Assembly: GCA_030141605.1 (NCBI GenBank)
Contig: JAQGDQ010000653.1
Span: 49,900 to 113,899 of the forward strand
Direction: 5' to 3'
Origin: Tubiluchus corallicola
Lineage: Eukaryota > Animalia > Priapulida
Length of the DNA stretch: 64,000 nt
The position numbers and the translations under genes were made by a program. Positions 1 through 14,000 of this stretch are shown here, in pieces; position 1 is the first letter of the stretch, and each line of letters opens with the position of its first letter. The notes under the pieces are model-generated. The model was not told where the DNA came from. It was given only the letters and a program-made list of their open reading frames with translations, and did not search any database.

Positions 1-430
1 GATTTAAGGCTATTGATTTCTGTGTTGCCTCAATGTTTTCATACTTGTGTAATTTCACAAAATTTCCTTGGACGATGAGTGGTTGCATATTAATTCAGTC
101 CAGTGTACTGTGCATTCTTCTTACACTGATTCTTTAATATGTTGTTTTGCATGTACGATTGGAGTTTGGTGTGTTGGCTGGGATACGTCCGTATCAAGTA
201 TCGCAGCTTGGCTGCTTTCCTCTGCTTTTATAGTTTGCGATTTTTTGCGGACCATTTTGATCCCCTATTTAGTTTTTTACCAAAATCTGTTTAATATCCT
301 GGGTTTGCCAAGGTATGCTAGCGAATGACAATCACCATATGTCTTTAGTTGCCGATACAGGAATCCGAGAGCCATTTATTAAATATTTTTGGCTAAGCCA
401 TCAAGTTAATGAAGATGTGTAACGGTCAGG
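1..430 (-). mobile_element. Decayed RLE-type (NeSL/Hero/R2-like) non-LTR retrotransposon fragment, copy in the first repeat unit (cut by window edge)
   Basis: Identical to 3361-3790; see the 3290-3790 feature. Confidence 0.6.
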
Positions 431-2141
431 TTTTGCACTTTCCACTTCAATTTGAAAAGTTTGACCAAAACTCGAAAATGGTTAAAATTTTTGAGTGTTT
501 CATTCACTGTCACTGTGTTATAATATTATACAGAAATTTATAATAATTTATATTTTAGAAATTGAGGCCACTGCACATCAGTTCCGATAAGTATTTTAAC
601 ATTTTCATCTTACAGTTATTTTTACCTTTTGTGAATGGACCTATACGGTTGCAAATTCTTATATGCAGTTACATAGGAAAAGACTCACAAAAACACACGC
701 ATTTTGTTAATATTAACATTAATAATCACTAGCTTATTAACTCTGTCGCCATCATCATCAACGCTATTATTCACAATTTATTGTCTGTAGTGTTTCGATC
801 GAAAACAGATCAGCGGTCATGATGGAAACGTGTTGGACAATTTTTGAATATCTTTCCAATTTGGTTCACTGTTTATGTGGAAATTATTATTATTATTATT
901 AGGATTCTGCAAGCGAAACCCTGGAAAATTTCAGCTACCAAACGTGCAAGTTGAAGGGGAAATTACGATTATACAGCGGTTTAGAACGACCATATTGAAA
1001 CTGCAGATTGCAACAACTGTTGACTACAGCATGTCGGTCAATATTCAATAGACGTCAGCAGCGAATTTAATGTCACCAATTCCCTAGAATGTTGCTTTTA
1101 TCTGACTTGGATGTGTGCCAAGTGATAACCATCGTATCTAATACTAATTCCATTTAATGTATTCACTTGAGTTGCCACTGTTTTCAATTAATAGATTGTG
1201 GACAAGTACGTTACAGTCTTACGCACAGGGTATGTGAGTAAATGGATCCCTTAAACACAGAGGCATTACCAAATCAGTTAACTTAGCAATATTGTTCTAA
1301 ATATAATTATTATTTAGAATAATTCTTCCCCTAAATAGGCCCGTATCCGAAGCAGTTGAATAAATCATTCAGGATTACAATCTCATAATGATGTTTACAG
1401 AGAGGAGTTTACCCACACGCACAAAAGCGTAAGTGAGCATGAGAGGTTGTGCGTGTGTGTGTGAGTGTTTGTGTGCGTGCGTGCGTGCGTCGCCTGCGTA
1501 TATGTAGAATTCTTTCAGTATGTTTAACTGTATTTAAATACTAATTAGTTTTAATTATATCAGTTTATTGTTCATCGATCCATCTTCTTATTAATAGGTA
1601 CAGTAGTAAATATAGGGGGGTGGCTGACTCGTTCATCCACCTAAATTACGTTCATTCGCCATCCCTTCACTTATACATAGTAATGAAATTTAATATTACT
1701 ATGTTATATTTTGGTTCAATTACTTTGACATTGTACTAGCATTTTCTTACTAACAGGTGAAAAATAAATGAATTGCCTAATTCTAATTCTGTTTCTAACC
1801 TCTTTCTGTTTTTTTCTATGGTATCTCATTGCCCACCAAGTACATAATTCTCTATAGTCTTACTTGCTGTTTAATTTGACATCAGTTAATAAATTTTAAT
1901 TAAAATGACTACTTATAAACTTATATTGTGGGGTATAATTATTGCCGAGCCTCTAAGCATTACAATAACGCATAACTCCAGACGACTTTCTGCTAAACAC
2001 TGCCTGTCTCATTACCTTTTCTCCCTGTGGAATTTGTTGCAGCAAAGTTACACTTTACTCTGTATAACGTAATTCGTTACAGCTTCATCAGTTGCTGATG
2101 AGCGAGCTGTGTGTGTCTTGAGTATATCGCTGGAATTTGCT

Positions 2142-2142
<1 letters not shown>

Positions 2143-2234
<92 letters not shown>
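2143..2234. repeat. (GT)46 microsatellite
   Basis: Pure GT run seen directly. Confidence 0.98.
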
Positions 2235-2235
<1 letters not shown>

Positions 2236-3289
2236 CAGTGCGTGATGCGCGTGTTTACACGTGCAGGGCAGTCGTAATGTTGACAGCTAAGTTCACAGAG
2301 AGCGGATTCAGACTTTTTATTTTCCTTATCACATTTAAAGCATTCAAGGTGAGCAGAACTCTTTCCAGCTTGCAGGTAGGTGGAGCTTACGTATCAAAGG
2401 AACCGAAAGCAAAATTTTAACTTCGTTCTATAGATAATAGTATTATTACGATGTTTCGCTCAATATGGTCCTCCGAATTAAAAAAAGATGTAAAATTTCT
2501 TGGAACATCTCGCTGAACCAGTATATACACTTACATCTCTGGAATACTTAGAAATTTCTGTTCGGATTGATGAAGGCAGTAAGTCCCCAAGGCTGCAATC
2601 CATTATTTTTCTCCGGCTTAAACAAAACATTCGAATTCTTATTTGAGTTTTTCGTCCTTGCTAAAGAGAGCATCAAAAGAACGAATATTATTTTATTCTG
2701 ATTTGAAAATGTTTATACGGAAGCTCTTTGTTTGGTAGAATCACATAATTAATCTTGGAATTATTAACATTTATTATTGTTAGTTGATTACTTGCTGTCC
2801 ATTTATCACTGTTAATTAATAATCAATTAATTATGCATTCGCTGAATTTTCTAATCACTTACAGTTCATTACTACTTTTATTTCTAATTTAAGTTCTATA
2901 GGAAACTTGAACAATTTCTTTTGATGGAATCTCTGCAGCTCTGATAATTATTTTTATATTTCATTGTAGCCGAGAAGGAGCAGCGAAAGACTTATTGGTC
3001 ACTTGGTCAGCTGCCCCTTATTAAAAGTACCAGTTTATTTACAGGGTGATGACATTTTCATCAAACAAACGCAATTCAACTCAAAACAAAAGAAATTATT
3101 ATAAGCAAAACAAAACAGGATTCAACTAGTGGCAAAAATTATAACACACAAAAGCAACAAAATCAAACTCAAGAGCAAAAACAAAATTCAGTTTAAAGCA
3201 AAACATATATGAAGCTACAGTAACAAAAATCTTCGCAAGGCGAAAACAAAATATATAATTAGGCGAGCAGAATTTTGTGATGAGACAGG

Positions 3290-3790
3290 TTGATTCTGCT
3301 AGCTCGTGTAGGTAAAGTGTCAAGCGATGCGTTTATGATAAACTGTTTCTTTACGAGGAAGATTTAAGGCTATTGATTTCTGTGTTGCCTCAATGTTTTC
3401 ATACTTGTGTAATTTCACAAAATTTCCTTGGACGATGAGTGGTTGCATATTAATTCAGTCCAGTGTACTGTGCATTCTTCTTACACTGATTCTTTAATAT
3501 GTTGTTTTGCATGTACGATTGGAGTTTGGTGTGTTGGCTGGGATACGTCCGTATCAAGTATCGCAGCTTGGCTGCTTTCCTCTGCTTTTATAGTTTGCGA
3601 TTTTTTGCGGACCATTTTGATCCCCTATTTAGTTTTTTACCAAAATCTGTTTAATATCCTGGGTTTGCCAAGGTATGCTAGCGAATGACAATCACCATAT
3701 GTCTTTAGTTGCCGATACAGGAATCCGAGAGCCATTTATTAAATATTTTTGGCTAAGCCATCAAGTTAATGAAGATGTGTAACGGTCAGG
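3290..3790 (-). mobile_element. Decayed RLE-type (NeSL/Hero/R2-like) non-LTR retrotransposon fragment (post-RT region)
   Basis: Manual minus-strand translation across stops and frameshifts gives LTVTHLH*LDGLAK..KWL..IPVSAT and PLIVQGNFVKLHKYENIEATQKSIALNLPRK / QFIINASLDTLPTRAS. This resembles the 'LKKWLGLP.SAT' and 'F.INA.LDTLPT..NL' motifs that follow RT in these elements. Confidence 0.65.
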
Positions 3791-5464
3791 TTTTGCACTT
3801 TCCACTTCAATTTGAAAAGTTTGACCAAAACTCGAAAATGGTTAAAATTTTTGAGTGTTTCATTCACTGTCACTGTGTTATAATATTATACAGAAATTTA
3901 TAATAATTTATATTTTAGAAATTGAGGCCACTGCACATCAGTTCCGATAAGTATTTTAACATTTTCATCTTACAGTTATTTTTACCTTTTGTGAATGGAC
4001 CTATACGGTTGCAAATTCTTATATGCAGTTACATAATAATCATTAATAATCACTAGCCTATTAACTCTGTCGCCATCAGCTTCAACGCTATTATTCACAA
4101 TTTATTGTCTGTAGTGTTTCGATCGAAAACAGATCAGCGGTCATGATGGAAACGTGTTGGACAATTTTTGAATATCTTTCCAATTTGGTTCACTGTTTAT
4201 GTGGAAATTATTATTATTATTATTAGGATTCTGCGAGCGAAACCCTGGAAAATTTCAGCTACCAAACGTGCAAGTTGAAGTGGAAATTACGATTATACAG
4301 CGGTTTAGAACGACCATATTGAAACTGCAGATTGCAACAACTGTTGACTACAGCATGTCGGTCAATATTCAATAGACGTCAGCAGCGAATTTAATGTCAC
4401 CAATTCCCTAGAATGTTGCTTTTATCTGACTTGGATGTGTGCCAAGTGATAACCATCGTATCTAATACTAATTCCATTTAATGTATTCACTTGAGTTGCC
4501 ACTGTTTTCAATTAATAGATTGTGGACAAGTACGTTACAGTCTTACGCACAGGGTATGTGAGTAAATGGATCCCTTAAACACAGCGGCATTACCAAATCA
4601 GTTAACTTAGCAATATTGTTCTAAATATAATTATTATTTAGAATAATTCTTCCCTAAATAGGCCCGTATCCGAAGCAGTTGAATAAATCATTCAGGATTA
4701 CAATCTCATAATGATGTTTACAGAGAGGAGTTTACCCACACGCACAAAAGCGTAAGTGAGCATGAGAGGTTGTGCGTGTGTGTGTGAGTGTTTGTGTGCG
4801 TGCGTGCGTGCGTCGCCTGCGTATATGTAGAATTCTTTCAGTATGTTTAACTGTATTTAAATACTAATTAGTTTTAATTATATCAGTTTATTGTTCATCG
4901 ATCCATCTTCTTATTAATAGGTACAGTAGTAAATATAGGGGGGTGGCTGACTCGTTCATCCACCTAAATTACGTTCATTCGCCATCCCTTCACTTATACA
5001 TAGTAATGAAATTTAATATTATTATGTTATATTTTGGTTCAATTACTTTGACATTGTACTAGCATTTTCTTACTAACAGGTGAAAAATAAATGAATTGCC
5101 TAATTCTAATTCTGTTTCTAACCTCTTTCTGTTTTTTTCTATGGTATCTCATTGCCCACCAAGTACATAATTCTCTATAGTCTTACTTGCTGTTTAATTT
5201 GACTTCAGTTAATAAATTTTAATTAAAATGACTACTTATAAACTTATATTGTGGGGTATAATTATTGCCGAGCCTCTAAGCATTACAATAACGCATAACT
5301 CCAGACGACTTTCTGCTAAACACTGCCTGTCTCATTACCTTTTCTCCCTGTGGAATTTGTTGCAGCAAAGTTACACTTTACTCTGTATAACGTAATTCGT
5401 TACAGCTTCATCAGTTGCTGATGAGCGAGCTGTGTGTGTCTTGAGTATATCGCTGGAATTTGCT

Positions 5465-5598
<134 letters not shown>

Positions 5599-7673
5599 CA
5601 GTGCGTGATGCGCGTGTTTACACGTGCAGGGCAGTCGTAATGTTGACAGCTAAGTTCACAGAGAGCGGATTCAGACTTTTTATTTTCCTTATCACATTTA
5701 AAGCATTCAAGGTGAGCAGAACTCTTTCCAGCTTGCAGGTAGGTGGAGCTTACGTATCAAAGGAACCGAAAGCAAAATTTTAACTTCGTTCTATAGATAA
5801 TAGTATTATTACGATGTTTCGCTCAATATGGTCCTCCGAATTAAAAAAAGATGTAAAATTTCTTGGAACATCTCGCTGAACCAGTATATACACTTACATC
5901 TCTGGAATACTTAGAAATTTCTGTTCGGATTGATGAAGGCAGTAAGTCCCCAAGGCTGCAATCCATTATTTTTCTCCGGCTTAAACAAAACATTCGAATT
6001 CTTATTTGAGTTTTTCGTCCTTGCTAAAGAGAGCATCAAAAGAACGAATATTATTTTATTCTGATTTGAAAATGTTTATACGGAAGCTCTTTGTTTGGTA
6101 GAATCACATAATTAATCTTGGAATTATTAACATTTATTATTGTTAGTTGATTACTTGCTGTCCATTTATCACTGTTAATTAATAATCAATTAATTATGCA
6201 TTCGCTGAATTTTCTAATCACTTACAGTTCATTACTACTTTTATTTCTAATTTAAGTTCTATAGGAAACTTGAACAATTTCTTTTGATGGAATCTCTGCA
6301 GCTCTGATAATTATTGTGGAATTTATTGATGGGCTGCAAGCGTACAACAGTTGCTGGGGAAAGTTATTTATTAATGCCTGCTATGGCTTCATTAAATTGT
6401 ATTGTACAGGCAGTGACAGGTTTATCAATATTCAAAAATTTACTGCAAAAATGATCAATGTGGGGCGATGAATAAGCAAATTAGTGCGGTTCAAGTTTCG
6501 AACACCTGCTGCCATCATTCAAATTTTCCTTTCTTGTAACACCAAAATAAAACTGCGGGTCGCTCGCTGCTCGGAGAAGAGTCAAAAGTTCATAAATGAT
6601 TAACTGCTGTTACTGTACATATAACATGGCCAACTTGAGTTGAACTTAAAGACGAAGAAAAGGCAATTTTAAAGTACATCCTAAAAAACTTTCCACACAA
6701 TGTTATATTACTTAGCATTACGCTTGGCAGCTTGAAAGACTTGTGTAACTGTAAAACAAAATTTTTAGTAACTTACAATGTTCGCGCCAACTGGTAAAAT
6801 GTCACTGACTCATCTTCCCAGTGTACACCACTGACTCGCCAAAAAAGTATTTTTAATCTTATTGACAAGATGCTTTTGCTTACTTAGTGAAATGTGCGCT
6901 ACGAATGCTCTAATTACTTTTTCAAATTTTACTTAATGTTTTTATAAACTTGTTTCAAACTCCTAATACCGTCAAAATGGCTGCGCCTAACGGTCATCGC
7001 GGGAGTTTAAACTTTATAGTTTTATACAGCGTTTCTGCTAATACAATTTCTGAGCACAATAAGGTAGTATGCAGGTGATACAAATTTCAAGACAATTTTC
7101 TATCTTTATCTAAGTAAAGGATTTTCGCGTGCTTTAAAGAAAGTATGGTATTATCAACGTGATAAGCTATTGAAAATCTTGTTTAGTTCCTTATCCTTAG
7201 GTGTATCACGGCCGAATCTATATTATGAATCGCAATAATATTCTTTCTCTGGCACTGAATATAGAACAGTCTGTCGAAGAAGGCCAACAGTTCCAGGAGA
7301 TAATGATTTTTTGTCATTGCCGCCCACTCGCCTAGGCCCGGGGTGCCCAAATTCTTCACCTAGATCACTGGTTTCTAATTTGTAAATTGTGTCTTTATAA
7401 CTGGGAAAAACTGATGACAGATTAATGACCAATTATAGCTGTGCCTCTGCATTTACAGTTCCACCTTGCCAAAACAGCTTATCCCAGCGAAGGGGTCGCA
7501 AAACAATTACCCGCATTCAAAGCGAGCACGTTCTCTTTGTTGCCGACTATTGATAACACTGGACATGACATGGATCTCAGGACCTTTTATTTCCCCATAT
7601 CTCAATAATTGCAGTACGTTTCTTTTTCATAAAGGGCAATCCCTGTGTCTAAACTGCATATTCACCAAAGTTT

Positions 7674-8107
7674 TGTAATAACCCTTTCTTTATTTCCACT
7701 ATTCAACGACGATCTACCATATTCTATACTCTCTGGTCTTACTAGAGGTACGTCCTCTAGTATGTGTAGTACTTGGCTCTGGTCTTGCTATCTGTACTAC
7801 TGCACTGTGTAGTACTTGGCTCTGGGTTTGCTATCTCTACGGCTACACTGTGTAGTACTTGAAGTTAATACAATCGGGTCAGTACATAACTCCCGTCTAT
7901 AAAAGAGGACCTTGTGTGGACATAGAAGATGCCGAGACTGGCTTGCCGTCCTTAACTCAAAGAAAACTTCTATTATTGAAGCCTCTCACTGCCGCATTGC
8001 TCTACTGACTATAATAAATTAATTAATGTTCGTGATTAATCTCTTTCTGTATCAATTGTTCTGCTCGGTCCTTGTGTTCACTACTTTACTTGTGTTCAGG
8101 TCTTACA
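7674..8107 (+). mobile_element. Candidate solo LTR (~434 bp)
   Basis: TGTAA...TTACA termini, ~43-bp internal tandem repeats (TGTGTAGTACTTGGCTCTGG..), TATAAAA at 7898 and AATAAA at 8013, in U3-R-U5 order. No matching TSD found. Confidence 0.45.
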
Positions 8108-9820
8108 ATGAGGGAAGTATCTTGCAGAAGGCATCCAGAATATGCCGGAAGGGAATGTGTGCAATGTGCTGGACTGCCTGAAATTACCTTTAGACTAAAT
8201 CTAATGTCCACCAGATGTCCCGCTATTAGACTAAATCATTTTATTGCATACTTTTACGAACAGTGCTCTCAGGGTCTCTCGTCCTAATGTCGCCTTTCAT
8301 ACTTTTGCCTTGAATATTCCTTGATACAGAATAGCTCTTTATAAATCCAGCTTTTACATCCGGCAAAAACGTAATCCCTGGCTCTTTGTAACATTGTTGT
8401 TGTTGTTAAATGAATCTGCCCCAAACATTACTGCATTATTGCGGTTTCTTTCGTTCTGATGTAGGCCTGACGGCGCACATTGGATTTAGGACACCATGTA
8501 AAAGAGTAAATGAGAGAGTTCAGTGGCTTACCATGCACTGGTGGGAATTTCATTTATAAAGCGGAAGTCTTATCGGAATTCCAAACATATATAACATTTT
8601 ACGGAACGTGCGACTGATTCAAGCACAATTAGTACATTAGTACTTCCATTCAAGTTCTCTAGGCTTTTCTACTGTAAACCATGCAAAAGACTGTTTCAGT
8701 GTTAAATAAAAGCTCACGCGTTTCAGCCTTTAAGAAGAACATTAAGAGACGTCACCTAACACTAACAAGTTAGCTCTAAGAAATTTGTTTTTGTAGGCCT
8801 GTATTAACATTAAATTTTCCTAAATGAATATTATACCTTAACCTCTTATCTCATGTACCCAGGAAACCTACATACCATTACACTAAATTTATTTAATATA
8901 GTCAATTGCAGGCCTAGCCTATTTAAGAGTTGCGGTTCATTAAAAGAAACTTGCGCGCACGCACAGTACCTGAAATTACACATCCCGCTGTACTCGGATT
9001 GTTCTCCTTTTATATTTTTCATCGACGTTTTTTTTCTTAATTTAGTTGCCTACCACCTACCCGCTTTAGCTCCTCGAACGGAATCTGATAGGCTAAGGTA
9101 GCTGGAGACGCTGTGTGGTCTCGCGATGCCCTGGTAGATCTTTGTTTCACCGATCTCTTCAACCGGCTGGTTCTAGACTCACTGTGACTCATTCAATTGC
9201 TGTGTTTTATCCATCGTGTACACACAAATCTACACATAATAACATACTTTATAGCTGTGTCTCTTTCTCCAAATAGGGGGCTACCTCGTATGATGGAAGA
9301 AGCGAACGATATGAGCTAGTCGGTTGGCTTCACGGGGAAAACGCGACGATCGATCTGTCGAGAAAGAACAAATTACTTGCTTCGACAGCACCGCAAACTG
9401 GGCTTCTGTTTTATGGTGCATAGCATCTCGTTATGGCTTCCTGGGAAATTCAGGCGTATCCGCGCTCTTAATGAGTATTTATGCTTCGCTACCACTTTCT
9501 AAAGGTCTACCTACGCTTTTCCGCTTGTTCTCAGTTGTACATAGTTGCAAGAAGTCACGTTGACAGTTACAGTTCTCTCTTGTCCAAAACGCTCGAACAA
9601 CTTTTACTTGACCCACTTGAGTTACTTGGCTTTGGAGCCGATATTTTCGTGTCGGTTGTCTAGGATGTCATCTAAACAATTTTTGCACATCGAATGTTAT
9701 AAAAACACCAACTCTTCCATTTTTATTGAGCAATCTGAATTTTGTATGTTAGCATTAAGTCTTGTTACAAGATACTGGACTTGCCACTGTGATGTTCCAA
9801 GGGAAAAGGGCAGACAAATC

Positions 9821-11023
9821 GTATCCCCCATTTCGCAAGTGGCGCAGCTCGCCAGTGGTACACTGCCATTGGTACACTTCGCCAGCGCTACAGATCGCCA
9901 ATGCTGCAATTCGCCAGTGGTACATTTCGCTAGCGGCACATTTCGTCAATACTACATTTCGTCGGTGGTACAGTTCGCCAGTGGTACAGTTCGCTAATGG
10001 TACATTTCGTCAGTACACACTTCTCCAGTGGTACATTTCACCAGTAAAATTTCTCTATTACCTTATCCTTTAACAAATTGTTACAGTTTGTGAGTAGAAA
10101 TTTTCTACAGTAAAGTTTCTCTGCTATATTCCATTATTTTACCATGGCTTACCTTTTACCATTTGACAAAAAACCTCAGGACCAGACGAAGGCTTACCGA
10201 CACAAAGTGTGAAAAGTATTCAGCCCTGTTTGTCTGCTTTTCTTCTTGATGCTTAGTAATTGTAAATATTCAGAAAGCTTATTGATTGTGGCGTTAAGGA
10301 AAATTACCGTGCTAAAACGCATAATGTATATGCATAGTGTGAGTAATCTAGTTAGACTGAAACAAAAATAAATAAATACAAATGTATATTGACAGCAAAA
10401 TGTACGAAGGAAAAGACTACACAATAGCATTTTTACCAATAAAATTTACACTGACGAACTGAAACATTTGCTTAATAGAAGGGTTAAATGATATCAAATA
10501 CAACAGAGAATTTTCACTGACGAAGTAAAATAGTTGTTAAAGGATAAAGTAGTATAGAGTAGAAATTTTACTGGAGAAATGTACTACTGGCGAAATATAC
10601 CAGTGGCGAACTGAGGCTTTTGTTAAAGGAATAAGTAAGGACATATAACAGAGAAATTTTACTGGCGAAGTGTGCATTGGCGAGCTACACCACTGGAGAA
10701 GTGTGTACTGGCGAAATATACCACTGGCAAACTGAAACAGTTTTTAAAGGATATGTAATAAGATAGTAAGGAAATATTTACTGCCGAAATGTGCTACTGG
10801 CGAAGTGTGTACTGTGCTGGCAAAATGTACCACAGGCGAAATGTGAACTGGCAAAACATCCCACTGGCGAAATTTACTAATGACGAACTGTGGCGCAGGC
10901 TGACTATACCATTGGCGAACTGTATCACTTTCGAACTGTACCACTGGGGAACTTTATCACTGGCGTAATATACTACTGGCGAGATGTACTATTGGCGGTT
11001 TGTATACTAGCGAAGTGACATAC
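9821..11023. mobile_element. Foldback-like non-autonomous element with long inverted arms made of 16-bp subrepeats
   Basis: The left arm (9830-10045) is about 14 degenerate copies of TTCGCCAGTGGTACAT. The right arm (10530-11015) carries the reverse complement ATGTACCACTGGCGAA in three blocks. The inner module TCCTTTAACAA / TTGTTAAAGGA is also inverted. Confidence 0.75.
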
Positions 11024-14000
11024 TTTTCAAACATATACGTAGGGTACGCAGTTTTTTTTAACATTATTGTAAGAATATTTTTTTAAAAAAAACTTCATGT
11101 TAAATTACCCGAGTTGCAGTATTTTTAGAATAAACACGTGCTGGGTTAAATTGCAATTGTTATATTTATAGCAAGGATACGGAGTTGATAATGATAATAG
11201 ATCAAAGGGAGTTTATAGGATTGAAAACTGTGCTGTGCTGCCACCTTTGTTCAACTAGTTATACTAATCATCAATTCGTTAGCAAGCAGGAAAACATTCA
11301 CTTTCATTTCACCAGCTTAATTATAAAAAAATTAAATGTAACTATTTGTTCATCAATCCATTCAGGAGGTTTAAGGTTTACACGCATGCACCCATTCGCA
11401 ACCCAGCATCCAAATAACAGAAATAAGCCTAGTCTCAAAATTCATGGTATACATCGTTTGACAGACAAATTGTGCAAATATAATTATGCTGGTCAAGAAA
11501 AGAATAAAACAGTTGATACAATTCTAATTTTTAATGTAATCCGATTCTTATTAAAGATTAAGTGCAACTAAAAGTCTGGAACAATCTAGAAAAAATATTC
11601 AGTAAAAAAATTAGTCTTGCATTAAATATTTGCTTCCATACATTTTCAATCGTGATAAGTCTTTGTCAAAACTATTATTATCGCATTTTAGTGTACCACA
11701 CCATTTAAGTGCATGAAATAAAAATGCTACTCTGAATTTTGTCATTTAAGTTTCACTTCAAGAAAAACACACTACGATAGTTTAAATTCAGGGAACAGCG
11801 GCTGCCAGTTGAAGATATCAATCTAGACAACTGCAATAAGAACGTTGAAAGAAATATGGGAAATTATGATTAAGCGGTAATTAAGGAAACAGACACGTGA
11901 TCGATTTGGTCCATTGAGGTCTCCCTTTCCGTGCAACACCTACCATGAATTCTCTGGTAGAGTAACCTCGGCAGGGAACTGGGCGCATTACTTCGTTTTT
12001 CTATTCACTGTGAGGAAACTTTTAATAAGAATGATATACAACAGTTGATGTGCACGTTATTTTTCATAACTGTTCTTCAAGGCGTCTACGAAACTCATCA
12101 AGAAAACGGATTTTCCGCTTTACTACTTTCCCTCTTTTCTGCACTTAGGCCTATTTCCTTTTCTTAACAGCATAGTTACGTTGTAGACATCGTAACGTTT
12201 ACCAGTTCACTTTCAAAAGTTTTCATCTGCATAGTTATTTTCTAGCCATTTCTAGAAAATATCAAAGGCAAGCCTTTTTGTCAAATTTGGCTTGGTTTTA
12301 ATTCTCATTTCTGAGCTGGCTGTTTTGATGTTTTGCATGGCTGATTTAACAGCCCCTAGCACAAGGCGCGTTCCGCGCATTAGACCATAAGGCATAATGC
12401 GATAAAATTTAAGGTTGCCTAGATTTTTTTTTACACAATTCGGAATCCTGCAAGCCGGAATCAGCAAATCTAGGTACTACTCAAACTGGATGGTCGTTGT
12501 GAAACCAGAACCTTAATCATTATCAATGGTGAAAGTTATGCCTCCTAGGATGAACAACTAATTGCACAGGTGACTTTTCTACCTTCTGATGTGTGCACAC
12601 ATTTTCATCATACAGGGAGGTAAGCAACCATAATCGACATGCTGATTGAAACCACCCAGGCAATAATCGAAGTACAACACCCATCCACCCACCGACCTCT
12701 CACCATCAGCCCAGCACCATTCTCAACTTCGCTATGCGGAGTTATGTACTTTGACTGAAGATGTACTAAAGATGAAGAATTAGCCCACATAAAAACCTCT
12801 TTGATTAAACTGGCTCATCAGAAAGGCATTCCCAAAACGCAAAAAGATAATAGACTGGTATTTAAATACAATAACAAATTGCCTTCAGTGTTGACTATTA
12901 ACAGTCATGAAAAAACATTTGCGGTGCCTGCAAAGTCTCCTGCAATTCATGTGATAAATTCTATTTTGTGGAAACTGGACGCGACTTAAACAGTCAACTT
13001 TAAAGACCTTATTCATGACATATTCAAAATTCAAAAACCTAAAACTGGCATTACTAATTGTGTGAAAAACTAGACATACTTCTCTTAACTAAAAATGCTA
13101 GAATTATTTTTTCTTCAACAACACCACTATGCACCATATTGAAATCAGTTTTAATTATAAAATTTTCAGACAAGACTATGAGCTTTCCCTTCATAAGACT
13201 TTACTTTTTCATCACGTAATGTCGTTATTTAAAAACACAGATAACTCAATGAAAAATACAATCTTGAGCTTTCGTTAATCCCAATCTTCTGACAGCACGT
13301 CACACTTTGAACAGTTTTAATCTATGGTATTTTCTTGACTCACCACATATATAGAATCTGGCAGCAACCCTTGTTTGAGAGAGATCTTTATTTGTCTGCA
13401 GACTCCATAAATGCTGCATTAAAAACTTTGTCAAACCCAGATTTTTATTAAACGTACTTAATTTGTCTCAGTCAAACTGATTGTATTCTCATGTTCGAGT
13501 ATGGAACAAAAATCCCTCTCCAACAAAATGGAATCAGACCAATAAGAAGCAATTGTTTTGGTCACGTGTCTTCTAATGGACATTTATTCTGTTATCATTT
13601 GTTTTATGCAAAAGCTAGGATGATGTGCAGGAAAGTTTTGTCCGAGACAATTTGCCTCAGACAGTTTGTTGTCTGACAGATTTTGTTTACAATGTTTGAC
13701 CACCACACACCTGTCAAATGTACTAGCTTGTGGGCTTTCTGCTAGGAGCCACATACCTTCTTCTGTTCTTACCTCAGTAATATTGTGGCATCTTTATTGT
13801 TTTTTGCTACTGTATTATTGTGGTTAGCACTTCTGGCTTTTGCTTATCATGGAATATGTATTGTGCTTTTTCAGTGATTTTGTTCTTCTGCAGTGGTATT
13901 TTCTGTAATGTTCAGTGGACGTGTTACTTTCCAAAATCCCAAAAATTGGTATTTTGTGCGATCTTTCTGTTTTCTCCTGAAAATTCAACTGAAAATACTC

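Noticed and set aside
68-328. 86-aa hydrophobic ORF (also 3428-3688)
   Set aside because: It starts at TTG, not ATG, and is antisense to the RLE retrotransposon remnant.
385-408. TTTTGGCTAAG..ATCAAGT resembling the U2 snRNA 5' region
   Set aside because: The match is short and interrupted, the rest of U2 is absent, and it lies within the antisense of the retrotransposon coding fragment.
9480-9670. Possible gag-like remnant on the minus strand (KLFERFGQE..)
   Set aside because: Too short and degraded to support without a search.
9545-10944. Repetitive ORFs, and a CRISPR-like reading of the 16-bp array
   Set aside because: The units are contiguous and degenerate with no unique spacers and no cas genes, and the context is eukaryotic. 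The foldback arms explain them.
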